Assembly (NCBI RefSeq): GCF_018977255.1
Contig: NW_024704743.1
Location: 69,752,001 to 69,816,000 of the forward strand
DNA length: 64,000 bases
Direction: 5' to 3'
DNA from: Callorhinchus milii
Taxonomy: Eukaryota
This document shows, in pieces, positions 52,962 through 64,000 of the stretch (the stretch's first letter is position 1; each line of letters opens with the position of its first letter). The position numbers and the translations under genes were made by a program. Below the pieces are notes generated by a model. The model made no database searches, was not told where the DNA came from, and saw only the letters and a program-made list of their open reading frames with translations.

Positions 52962-53339
52962 TTAACTCCCTGTGTCATTCATCGAGTGGCATTGATTTAA
53001 TGTTCGGGCGTCAGAAATCCTGTGCATTAAAGGAAAGTCCTGGCAATAATAAGTTTTTTTTAATGAAATTACACTATTTTGCTTCTGTTTGAGACAACGA
53101 TGGTCATCTAAACCGAACAATAATCCACTCCAATTCAGGAGATCATTAAGTGTTCCAGTGTCAGTCTAATGCATAGCCAAAACCCCTTGATTGGATTACT
53201 GTCTTGCAGAAAAAAAATACCTATCTACATTTAACTCCCTGTGTCATTCATCAAGTGGCATTGATTTCATGTTCGGGCGTCAGAAATCCTCTCCATTAAA
53301 GGAAAACCCTGGCAATAATAAGTTTTTTTTTAATGAAAT
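52962..53339. repeat. Spaced direct repeat, 2 x about 108 bp
   Basis: 52962-53069 versus 53231-53339, about 6 substitutions and one T-run indel. Confidence 0.95.
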
Positions 53340-54819
53340 GAAATAGAAATAGTTTTAACTTCTGTAAAACTAAATGTGAACCACAACACCCACCAGACTG
53401 AACCCTTGAAAAATCATTGGTTGCTTTGTTTATGATGAACAATATTAGTATTAATGAGCTAAAGTGCAATAACAAGGTATATTATTAAAATAGTTCCAGA
53501 AGAGGGTTTTTTGAGGGGAAAAAGTGCCCTTCTATTGGTTGACACAATTTTCTTCAGGTTTTCTGGCATTCAATTTGGCCCAGGATACAACAGCAGTAAT
53601 ATAGTGCTCCTCAGGCACGGTAGCGTCTTGGAGCAGATAATAATGCCTAAGTGCTAGTCATTCAGAGATGTACAGTTTGAGGTGAGGGCTGTTATTATCT
53701 TGCTTTAACTTCTTGTGGTAATCTACTTTCCCTCTCTCGGATAGTTGTCTGCATTTTTGAAGATTCAAATTTGGCCTTTATTGTGAAGCCTCCAGGAATT
53801 GGCCAAAACTGCTTGATAACATTGTACACTGAAAGTGAAAAACATTACTGTTCTTAACAAAGCCCAGCTGGTTGAACAGTCTATTTTTTAAATAGATCGT
53901 CCTATTCGAATAGCAAAGCAAATGCTCAAATTATTATTTTATTGAATAGAATGGTTTGAGTTACAAACCATTCGACTCTTAAAGAACATATGGAAAAATA
54001 GAGAATTGGGATTAGCCAAATTGACTCCCAAGAAGAAACTAGCACCAGCATAGGCACAATGGGCTGAATGCACTGTCATTTCTTTAATTGTACAATATGG
54101 ACTTGATATATTACAGTTTATTAGAAAGCTGTCCGTTGACCTGAGGACAGATTTGGGAGATAATAATGAGATGAAAATCTGTTAGCTAAAAATGTCCAAT
54201 GTAAAAATAAGTTTGGGAAACCTCATCCAATTGCCAACGTGCATTAGACCCTAGCAAAAAGAATGTCTAATTTGGCATATAATTCAGGGTCTCAAGTTTG
54301 GCTGGAATGGAAAGTGGCAATGGTATGGTTGGGATGTTCCTTTCTCATATTGGGATTGAAGCCATGTAGTTAAGGTAGAATTCGGAGCACTGACATTTCT
54401 TACTTTAAAAACAAAATTTGCTAGAAAGAAGGGGGATTTATGCATGAAAGATGAGCATATTTGTTAATGGGATCTCTTCCCCTTCCTCCAGTTTATGCAC
54501 TCTTGAACTATTTGGCTAATAATTCACAAATCCATGATGACTTTGAGAATGCTTCACACACACAGAGCTTTGTGCTAATTAAAGTTTATCTTATTAAAAC
54601 CTGCAAAGAATTCCTGTGTAATTAAAGTTAATTATGTAAAGGGATGCTGTGTTGTGAATTAAAGCAGTGTCAGGATTTCCTGGATCTTATTAAAAATCAA
54701 AAGGCAGCTTCTTTCTAGAAGTAAACAGTCCCAGGGTGCTGTCTCTGAAAGGCTTGCACGGGACAAGCATACATGGGGCTCTAGAAAAATCAACCATAAA
54801 AACAATAAAAATAAACACT

Positions 54820-55190
54820 GCAATTGAAATAGCACTTGAACACTTAAAACATCTCAAAACACTTTGCAGTAATTACTGTTAGTGTAGTGACCGCATATTT
54901 GGCGATACACACGGCAGCCAATTTGAACATCGGAGCCAGGAGTTGAATAGCTCAATTTATAAGGCAGTTGCTGGCCAGGACACGAGGGGAACCTCTCCTC
55001 TTTTCAAATATTCTGGTTTCTTTAATATCCACCTGATAGGTCATATGGATCCTTGGTTTAACATCAGAGGGACAGTTCCACTATCACTGTAGTGTCATCT
55101 TAGTGTCATGCAGTCATAATCACTGATATGGGACTTTGAAATCACAATCTTTGACCCAGAGGCAAGAGAACTACCAACTGAGCCAAGCTA
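54820..55190 (-). mobile_element. Old Deu-domain SINE
   Basis: tttaatatccacctga...ttggtttaacatc...tgacccagaggcaagagaactaccaactgagcca. Confidence 0.6.
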
Positions 55191-55719
55191 ACACTGCTGC
55201 ATTTCAGCTTTATACGTATATGTAATAGGCAAAATGTAAAATAAAGACAGATTTCAGATTTTTCTTATCATGGAAGAATTGTAAGTTTGAACAAGGACAT
55301 AATTTGTTCTTGATTATGTTCAGATTTATAGGATAACAGATTTAACATGAAAAAAATGTTTTTTTCAATTGTACCCAAGGGGAATAGTTATGCATAGCTC
55401 ACCTAAGATAAGATACCACCACTCCATCAATTTTTAAGCTTAAACATTTTTTAAGTTTAAAATCTGCACTTTTTCCATTTGTAATAATAATGAATAAACC
55501 TTGCATGTGATATAAAGCCTTAGCACGTCTTCGTCTTCGAGGCATCTCAAAGCGCTTCATAGAATATACTGCAAAGTGAAATGACTGTATATTTTGTGGC
55601 GAAAAAATATTTAAAGAAAAGCTTACATCTTTGCTGAACCTGTGTTTTGGCTGGGACAAAAATATGTTTGAAACATTTTCATTGTTGGGCAAATATACTA
55701 TTAGTCTACTTGTGTGTCA

Positions 55720-56137
55720 GACTGGCTCAGTTGATAGTACTCTCACCTCTGAGTCAGACATTTTGTGGGATCAAGCCCAACATTGATACTTTTAACTCAT
55801 ATAGTCCAGGCTGATATTCATTGCAGTCCTGGGGAGCAAGTGTTATATTGTTGGAGGTGCAATTCTTCAGATAAGACATTAATTTGAGGTCCCATTTGTG
55901 GACGTTAAATATCTCATGGCACTTTTCGAAAGAGAAGGGAGTTTTTTCTGGTATTCTGGCCAACAATACCCCAAATTAAATTGGTTATTCACTTCATGGC
56001 TGTTTGTGGGATACTGCTGTTATTAAATTCGCTGCTGTGTTTTACTTACAAAAATACAGTCGCTACACTTTACAGTAAAATTCTGTGAAGCACTCCCAAC
56101 ATGAAAGGCACTATACCAGATCTAAGGATTATTATTA
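55720..56137 (+). mobile_element. Old Deu-domain SINE, near full length
   Basis: tggctcagttgatagtactctcacctctgagtcagac head, Deu core, ggattattatta tail. Confidence 0.7.
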
Positions 56138-56249
56138 CATACACCAGTAGTGGCAAACCTAAACAAATTTTCTTGTTTAAATATTTCTTCATTTATGCCA
56201 TTATGCCGAGAAAAACTGGAAACACATTATTGCTTTAAAACAGATTCAC

Positions 56250-57220
56250 CTAGACTATGCAAATGTTCAGCAGGCCCTTTCTGACCCACTGGCCACCAAC
56301 GATGTACACCATCAGTTTTGTATGGCCTTGCATATATTGCAAATGAGCTTGCTTAAAGAAAGCCTGAGCCAGAATGTTAAAATAGTTGGTAAATTGTGAC
56401 CTTGGTATAAGTTCAGGTACATGCTTCTCCTGGTTACAAATAATGGCCAAGTAACCATAAAACCACACCTTTTGGTATCTTATATTCTTGTGGCAAGAGG
56501 AGAAATATTGAGTTTACAGCCTGCAACTATTTGTGCTGGGTATTTAAACATTAAAAATGTTAGTCAAGCATTATAAGAGAAATACAATGTTAAAAACTTT
56601 ACTATCAATACATACAGTATTGAATGATATGGAACACTTTCTATAAGTGCTTTGTAGTATCAAAATCGGATTTCTTAACATGATGTATTTCTTTGTACTT
56701 ATTTTGATATGTATTGCAACAGAAGAAAGCATTAAAAATGATTACAAATATTGTTATGGTATCTAAAAGTTTATTTTAGCAAAACATTCAGTGTCACTTC
56801 AAATGTTATTGCAGTAATTGAAATGGATTAGTTTCTATTACACCAGCATTGTGGAACATCTGAGTTTCTCACATATAATCTCTTTGCTGATCATCCATAA
56901 GAGTATTTAATCATGGCGTTTGGCTCTTGTATTAAACTTTTGTCCAGGCTTTGCACTTTCCACCAACCAGCATCTTCATTCCTTTTAAATTCAATCGTGC
57001 TATTGTTGTGAGCATTAAGGTAAATCTTGTTCTGTCTTAGAGGCTCATTATCCCCAGAAGTTTAATTTACTGGGAGCTGACCTGAACTTGTCAATTCCAT
57101 TCTTTTTCCTTGTTCAGAACTGAACTCTTGAAGAATTCTGATGTCTCCCAGCTCCATAAATGTTAAACGAGGAGATTGAAAGCAAGTGTCTGCATTTATT
57201 ACAAACTTTGTCCACAGGAC
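56250..57220 (-). mobile_element. Old RTE-like LINE relic
   Basis: In order: LLSISSFNIY (LSP.LFNIY), LNLKGMKMLVG (LN.KKTK.MV), IKYS (FKYLG), WFYGYL (WFGH). Confidence 0.45.
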
Positions 57221-57829
57221 TCAGTTACACCTCTTTACAGTAAATCCGGTGAAGTGCTTTGGGACATCCTCCCAATGTGAGAGGTGCTATACCAAATGTG
57301 AGGATTATTATTATTGGTACTTGAATTATATTGTATAATTTTAGCATAAATTAGTGAAATTTGCACTCTGCAATAGTTTGGTCTTGACGTAACTTCATTT
57401 TTTGCTTTTTTGCCCTAGCATCATTGGAATTATTTCAAAGGTGTCTGTCAGTGTTACACCAGTCAGAGTAAATATTACACAGAGAATAAGCAACAGCTGG
57501 AATGGGTTACCAGATGGGTGGTTAATGCCAGGACACTGGACTCATTTTGAAAAGTTTTTCCTCAGTGTGCCTGGCCTGTTATTTCCCTCATAAAACTGAT
57601 TGTTCACTTTTTGACTGTTTGTGAGACAAAGATGTATAGCACGGAAATGTTCCACTTCACTCAATCCAATGAGTCCATGTCATTTCCCATGAGTCTAAAC
57701 ATTACAGTGTGCAAATTGGCTCTTGCATTAATCTACAAAATACACAGTCATTACACTTTACTGTGAAGAGATTTGAGAAGTCCTCCCTACATGAAAGGCA
57801 TTATATTTAATACAAGGATTACCAACTTG

Positions 57830-58155
57830 ACTGCTCCCTCCGCCCATCGGGCTCCGGCCTGCTCCATGTCTCCCTCCCGCCATCGGTGGCCGGGCTTTCA
57901 GCCTCTCTGCCCCCACACTCTGGAACTCCATCCCACGGTCCCTTCACCTCATTTCCTCCCTTGCCTCATCAAGGCCGGTCTCAAGACCCTTCTTTTCAAC
58001 CGTGCCTTTGGTCTTCCTCCAACCTCGTTGCCTTCCCTCACCCTTACACCACCCCTCCCCCATGCTTGGGCCCTGACATCTGACTGTTCAGCGCTTGAGA
58101 CGTCCTCCCGACGTGAAAGGCGCTCTATAAATGTAATTTTGTTGTTATTGTTGAT
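57830..58155 (+). mobile_element. L2 3' end
   Basis: gggctttcagcc...ctctggaactccatccc...gacgtgaaaggcgctctataaatgtaattt(tgt)n. Confidence 0.9.
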
Positions 58156-58564
58156 TATTTAAGAAACCGCTTGAATCAGTACTCTGTAGGTTCAGTACTA
58201 TGAAATGATGAGATCAAATAGGCTAAAAGGTCTTCTTCATCTGAACTTCTCTTGTGATCTTGTGAGTAGAATTTATTGAAAAAAGCAAACAGCAATGCAC
58301 CTTCATATTTTCCTCCAAAGCAACAAGGTGGAGAACAGGAACCTGGTAAGCAGTGTTGAATTTAAACTGATCACTTTTTGAGTTAACTCAATTGATATAA
58401 TTTTGAATCAGTCTCCAGAATTTAGAAAGAGTTACATAGAGTGATGCAGCATGGAAACAGAATCGAAAATAAAGGCTGTCCTGCTTCAAGGCGGCACTCA
58501 CATCTTATTTTTAAACAGCATCTTTCATTTTCATAGGAAAACATCTCAAAGTGCTTCACAGAGA

Positions 58565-58685
58565 TAATAATGATAATAATAATCTTTGCATTTGATGTAG
58601 CGCTTTTCACATCTTCAAAACGTCTCAAAACGCTTCACAGAATATACTGTAAAGTGAATTGACTGTATTTTTTGTGGGCAAAACG
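58565..58685 (-). mobile_element. SINE 3' fragment
   Basis: aataatctttgcatttgatgtagcgcttttcac...cagaatatactgtaaagtgaattgactg. Confidence 0.8.
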
Positions 58686-58699
58686 AAAGATGTAGTGGG

Positions 58700-59370
58700 A
58701 GCTCAAGTAGGGTGTAAATTTGGAGGGAATGGGGGTTGTTGAGGGGATAACTGAAGGTCTAGGCACAAAGATTGAAGTTTTTAGAAGGAATTTGAAAGCA
58801 GAGAAGATGGATGCAAAGTTTACTAATAGGATTCCGTAGATTAGGGGATAAAGTGTTTAAAACCAATAGTGGTGCAGAGGGGCTGGCAGACATGAAACAG
58901 GTCTGGGTCAGCAGAGTAGAAAGAATGGGTGGGGAAGTAAAACTGCATGGGATCCTAGAGGTAAGGTGGGTTAACAGCAATTGAAAGTAGAATGTGATTC
59001 TTGAAGTCAATCTACAAGAGAATAGGGAGCCAGTGGAGTGTGAAGAGAATGGAGGTGATGGGTTGATGGGTCAGTACGGCAAAAGATAAGGGCTACAGAA
59101 TTCTGGATAATCTGTGTTCATATTACGATAATATGAAGGGTTGAGCTAGGAGCCTGGCGAGGAGGGCATTGGAGAATCCGGTCTGGAGGTGATGGGAGTG
59201 GCTGAGGGTTTGGGCTGTATTGGAGGTGAGGTAAGTACTGTGGCAGGCAATATACTGGAGGTGGAGTAAAGCAGTTTGGTCTAGGACTAGATGAATGGCT
59301 TAAAGGAGAGTTGAGGGATGCTAAATCTGGAAGCTGGCTCTGAGCTGGAGTGAGCAGTTGGGAAAGTTGA
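58700..59370 (-). mobile_element. Older L2 fragment
   Basis: RITFYFQLLLTH..., gggagccagtggag, ttctggataatctg, tctggaggtgatg (rc ITSR). Confidence 0.65.
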
Positions 59371-59534
59371 ATTAGTCAGAACGTGTTGAGAATAGCGACA
59401 AAATTAGGAATAAGAATAAAACGATGTACAAAAATTATGGGGGCAGATGAGTCAGATTAACAGCCTTTTTTCAGGAGTGAATGGAAATACTGAATGTCAA
59501 GTTTTATGCAGTAACCACTATTACCAACCTACAA

Positions 59535-59735
59535 AAACAACAACAAAATTACATTTGTATAGCACCTTTCACATCGGGGATGTCCCAAGGCGCTGGACAA
59601 TCAGTGTTTTGGACCGAGCTGGGGGTCGAGATTGGGGAGGGTGGAGGGCAGGGGAGTAAGGAGGGTGATCGAAAGCACGGTCGAAGAGGAGGGCCTTGAG
59701 AGGGGTCTTGAAGGAGGCAAGGGTGGAGTTCCACA
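59535..59735 (-). mobile_element. L2 3' end
   Basis: WNS.LASFKTPLKALLFDRAF plus tail. Confidence 0.85.
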
Positions 59736-60994
59736 GACAGGACAGGGGCTGCTGAGTTCTGCATGATCTATAGCCTATAGAGGGATGTAAATGTAGTTTA
59801 ACTTCTACATTTTCCACACAATTGCTGCAGCTCTGTTGACACAATGTAGTACTTTATAATTCTTCAGTTACTTGATTGCCTTTTTTAAAAAAAACATTAA
59901 AATGTTTCACAGGAAAAAAACTTCTAAAGGTTTCTGAGAAGTTTTGACAAGATAAAGTGATATATGAAATGGAAGTATTATTTTATTATTTTAATTTGCA
60001 GATGAGGCAGTGGTAAGAGCTGATTGCTATTTGTGTCCTCAAATTGGACAGTAAGGTACTGAATTAGCTTTCCATTTGGAGCTGTGAATTTTAATGTCAC
60101 TGTAACCTTCAAATGGAGTTTCACCCTATTAAAAATAGTAAACATAGTATTCCAGTCACATTAGAAAGTGTAGATTGGGTTTTATTCTTAAGCATAACTA
60201 ATATGTATGGCCCTGTGATCCTTTCAGAATTATAAACTATTAGTGATTGATTTGTATTTAGGAAGTCACAGAGAATATAAGTAAAAAAACAAATTTGAAG
60301 TTTAATGAATTGAAAGTAGATAAATTTTCAGCAATTTGTGCTTGCAGCCCTGGATTAGTTGCAAAACCTAGCCCTGTGTCTATAGAAGAGGATGTGGTTG
60401 TATTGTGCAGCAACTTCTCTCTGGTTTAAATAACACCAGGTACACATATTTTGTTTGTGTAGTATATATTACTAAGGCCAAAGGAAGTGCAGTTTGGTAT
60501 GCAAATTTAAAACAAAATTACACATAGTATTCAGGACTTTATGTGGCTTACACTGCAGCAAGTTAATAGTGACACTGAGAAATTATCCAGGTTATGTTTT
60601 GAGCTTCGCAAAGCACTAGCGCATCGCAAAGCTAATTGTGGTGAAATTCAGTATCCACTTCAGGAAGTGATGACAGTATTGCAAGATGACTTGTCAAGAT
60701 GGATGTGCCTCAGAATTTGAAGAAATTATATTAGAAATGGGGAAGTACAGTTCAGTAACTGATGATGAAAAGATTTTGTTTAAGTGATGTTCCCTGTCTA
60801 GTCAACAGCAAGTGAGATATTACCATTATAACTCGGGAGTTTTTTTTAGAAAACGTTAGTAACCTGATTTTCCAGCAGGACAAATTGTTGTGGAATCGTA
60901 GCACAGAAACAGGTGTTTGCTCTCCACCTGAGCCATCCAGTTAAATCCCACCTTATTGCTCAATTTCTATGGCCTTTTTATTATTGGTGTCTAT

Positions 60995-61302
60995 AATAAT
61001 AATATTCCTTGCATTTAATAGAACGCTTTTCACGTCTTCGAGATGTCTCAAAGCGTTTCACAGAATATATTGTAAAATGAATTGACTGCCTATTTGTGGG
61101 CGAAATGAGGCAGCCAATTGCGCACAGCAGTGACCCACAAACAGTCGTGGATTGAAGTGACCAATTTTTTTAATTATTTTTTTTCTTGAGGGATTATCAG
61201 ATGTGTGGAATAAGGAAATTTGACCAAAGTTTCGCCCTGCCGGGAATCAAACCCAGGTCTCTCACTGCGAGGTGAGCGCTCTAACCACTCAGCTACCAGA
61301 CT
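60995..61302 (-). mobile_element. tRNA-derived SINE, full length
   Basis: Tail, core and head (gcgctctaaccactcagctaccagactc). Confidence 0.88.
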
Positions 61303-61556
61303 CAATTAATAGCATTTTTTGCCTCTGGGTCAGTAGACTGTGATCTCAAGCCCCACTTGGGGATTTTGAACTGGCAGTCTAGGCTGATACTCCACAGTGC
61401 TGGAGGAATACTACGTTGGATGAAATGTTAAATTACTGATGGCCATTACATGGCCCACAGGTCACTTCCTGTCCATGGGGCCATCAAGAAACGGTCCCTC
61501 CAACATTTGCACAAATCTAGGTATGTCTATATTCAATTGGTAGTGTGTTTTAATTG

Positions 61557-61617
61557 TTTTCTTGATTGAATATTTCTTGAACTATGGCATGAATCAAGAA
61601 ATATTCAATCAAGAAAA
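61557..61617. repeat. Perfect 24-bp inverted repeat with 13-nt loop
   Basis: ttttcttgattgaatatttcttga-actatggcatgaa-tcaagaaatattcaatcaagaaaa. Confidence 0.95.
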
Positions 61618-63269
61618 ATTATCTTGTTGGCTGACCCATGCGTTAAACTGAGGTGCTATCAGTCTGTTCCGGTGGATATTTTATGCTGCCATTGCATTAT
61701 TCAAAATGAGAAGGGAGTTTCTCTTGATGTCCTGGTCAACAATCGCTGAGATAAAAGTTACCTCTTTGACTATACCTAAGGTTAGCTCCTCCTCCCCCAC
61801 TCTCCCTTGCTCAGAGTCCATCTTTGTGCTTGTGAAGTACTCTGAGTCCATTATCGTACGTAAAAGATGCTATATAATTATACAAGTGGTTTTGTAGGAT
61901 AGTGCTGGTTGCAAATTTGCTGTAATGTTTCTATACACAATCACTGAGATTGGGTAAAGTGTTTACTGTAAATCCTGTAACCTTGAGATGTTTCGGTGAT
62001 TTAAGACGTTATATCAAATGCAAGGATTATTGTCCAACACTATACAAATGTAATCTTCTTGTTGTTGACGTCCTGACATGAAAAGTGCTATATCAAATGC
62101 AATTAAAAAAATCTGTCTTCTCTACAAGATCAGATACAGCCTGTGCTTGTATTGAACAAAAGTAAATGGACAGTAATAGACTGTGAAAGCTGGAGTGACG
62201 GGCCATGTTCGTCTATTGATTGTGATACTGAGTTACCTCATGCAGATTGACTTAAGAAGTGTAAAACCTTGACACACTGCCAAAGAAATGCTGAGTCTTG
62301 TAACATTTGCGTTCACTAATCGTTACTTTGAGAATAGATGATTTAAAGACCTGCTGTTGTGCTTCTCCCAATATAGCACTTTATGGTTGAATTTAAATGT
62401 GGCAATATTTACAGTAATGACTAGTATAGTATTTCATAAATGCTACAACCTTGATGAACAATGTTGTGCAAAGCTTAGTGAATATATTTAACAAACTGCA
62501 CTCTTTTTGACTATTGTATTGCTAAATACTATCTGCAGCAGTGTGCAATTCTGCCAAAATTGATCAAAGGCTATGAATGTGGCAAAGGCATGCACTGTCC
62601 AGTTTTGTTCGTAATGAATGAAGGTTTCTTTTTTTCCACTGTATGCTTTATTTGTTGGTAATAAAATACTCAGCTAATGTCTGTGTGAGCAAATAGAATC
62701 CAAACTGAAACCAGTGTGAAGTCATATTGTGCCTATATGTGGCGTATAGAATCATGAACTTCACTCTTTCCTTTGGAATTCGAGAAATGTTTTTTTATTG
62801 CAACTTGTGTTGCAATAAAATTTTAATTTGTTACACTGAAAATGTGTAATTTTAGCATAACAACTCCTCTATCATTTTTCCAGCTTTACTGCACCCACAT
62901 GTGAGTCAATGCAAGGTTAGTCAGATACACCAAACGTAATTGACACAATGTGCAGCTGTATGTTCAGTTTAATAGTTCTACATTGTTTCATTTTAAAACT
63001 ACAGTAATAGTCAAAATTACATTCACTTTTTGATTTTCCCTTTATTTGGTAGCAGATTTGTAATGTAAATTGAGACATATGAAGTACAAGTTATGACAAT
63101 TATTATGTCAGATATAAATGTGGTTAAGAAGGTCAATCAATAACAAGATTGGGTGCGGATATATCCTCCCCCAATCTCCTTCTCCATCATAATGGATGAG
63201 ATTGAAGCTGGTGCTCAGTAGCCATTCGATTTGTTAGCTCATCTGTCACAGCAGCAGCCTGTCGGTTCA

Positions 63270-63634
63270 TAAAAATAATATAACCCTTGCATTTGATATG
63301 GCGCCTTATCATGTCTTCGAGACATCTCAAAACACTTCACAGAATATCCTGTGAAGTGAATTGACTGTATATTTTGTGAGTGAAACACGGCAGCCAATTG
63401 CGCACAGCAGTGTCCCACAAACAGTCGTGGATTGAGTAACCACATTTTTTAAGGGATTATTACCCCTGGAAAAGTGATCCACCAATTGACTAACAATTAG
63501 GTTTCTACTTACTGCTAGGTAAACAGAAGTGCGTGGAGTAAGGAAACTTGCCTAAGGTTTTGCCCTGCTCGAGAATCGAACTCAGCTCCTCTCGCTTGCG
63601 AGGCGAGTGCTCTAGCCACTAAGCTACAGGACTC
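63270..63634 (-). mobile_element. tRNA-derived SINE (long subfamily), full length
   Basis: Head gagtgctctagccactaagctacaggactcc, extra segment, core and tail. Confidence 0.9.
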
Positions 63635-63744
63635 CACAACTCAGTTAGTTTAAAACAAAAAACAGTAGGCTACACAGAACATTTAAAACTTTCAATAAGC
63701 TACAGAGAACATTTGAAACCATTTTTCACTCTGATCTAAGTTGA

Positions 63745-63864
63745 CAACAACAACAACAAGATTCCATTTATAAAGCGCCTTTCACGTCAGGAGGACGTCC
63801 TGACGTCCTGACGCCTTGACGTGAAAGGCGCTCTATAAATGGAATCTTGTTGTTGTTGTTGTTG
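63745..63864. mobile_element. Two L2 3' tails head-to-head forming a hairpin
   Basis: (caa)n gattccatttataaagcgcctttcacgtca ... tgacgtgaaaggcgctctataaatggaatc(ttg)n. Confidence 0.9.
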
Positions 63865-64000
63865 AAATGTAAGTGTGTCTTGTCACTATCACTGTCGCTC
63901 TCACTCACAAATTAACAATAATGAGATGTATCTTACTTTGCACTATGGACAATATGTATCTCATTCTGCCCTTGATGCCTTCCTTCCCAAGCTCAGGCCT

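Noticed and set aside
60002..60012. 11-nt micro-exon tttgcag|ATGAGGCAGTG|gtaaga
   Set aside because: Cannot be supported without transcripts; no flanking exons identified

Overview
Eukaryotic (vertebrate), AT-rich, repeat-dense genomic DNA with no protein-coding host exon that I can support. The repeat complement (L2 LINEs with (TTG)n/(TTA)n tails, an L2-tailed tRNA-derived SINE with a Deu-like core, CR1 LINEs with (ATTCTATG)n tails, a shark-type Penelope-like hairpin) points to a cartilaginous fish, plausibly a chimaera such as Callorhinchus; this is an inference, not a database result. Almost all ORFs in the track are spurious or are broken retroelement frames. Manual translation through stops shows fossils the ORF track misses: a Ty3/Gypsy pol (RT about 38980-39590, RNase H about 42100-42350) split by a nested L2+SINE block, a PIF/Harbinger transposase (25634-26030), several old LINE RT relics and possibly hAT transposase relics. 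Other structures: a 1.85 kb C-rich minisatellite with three successive unit types next to a 25-N gap, a Charlie-like hAT element with a GA-rich interior, four near-perfect hairpins, a 108-bp spaced direct repeat and an unassigned dispersed family that may be a LINE 3' UTR. I found no convincing new biological system. Element boundaries are read by eye and approximate.
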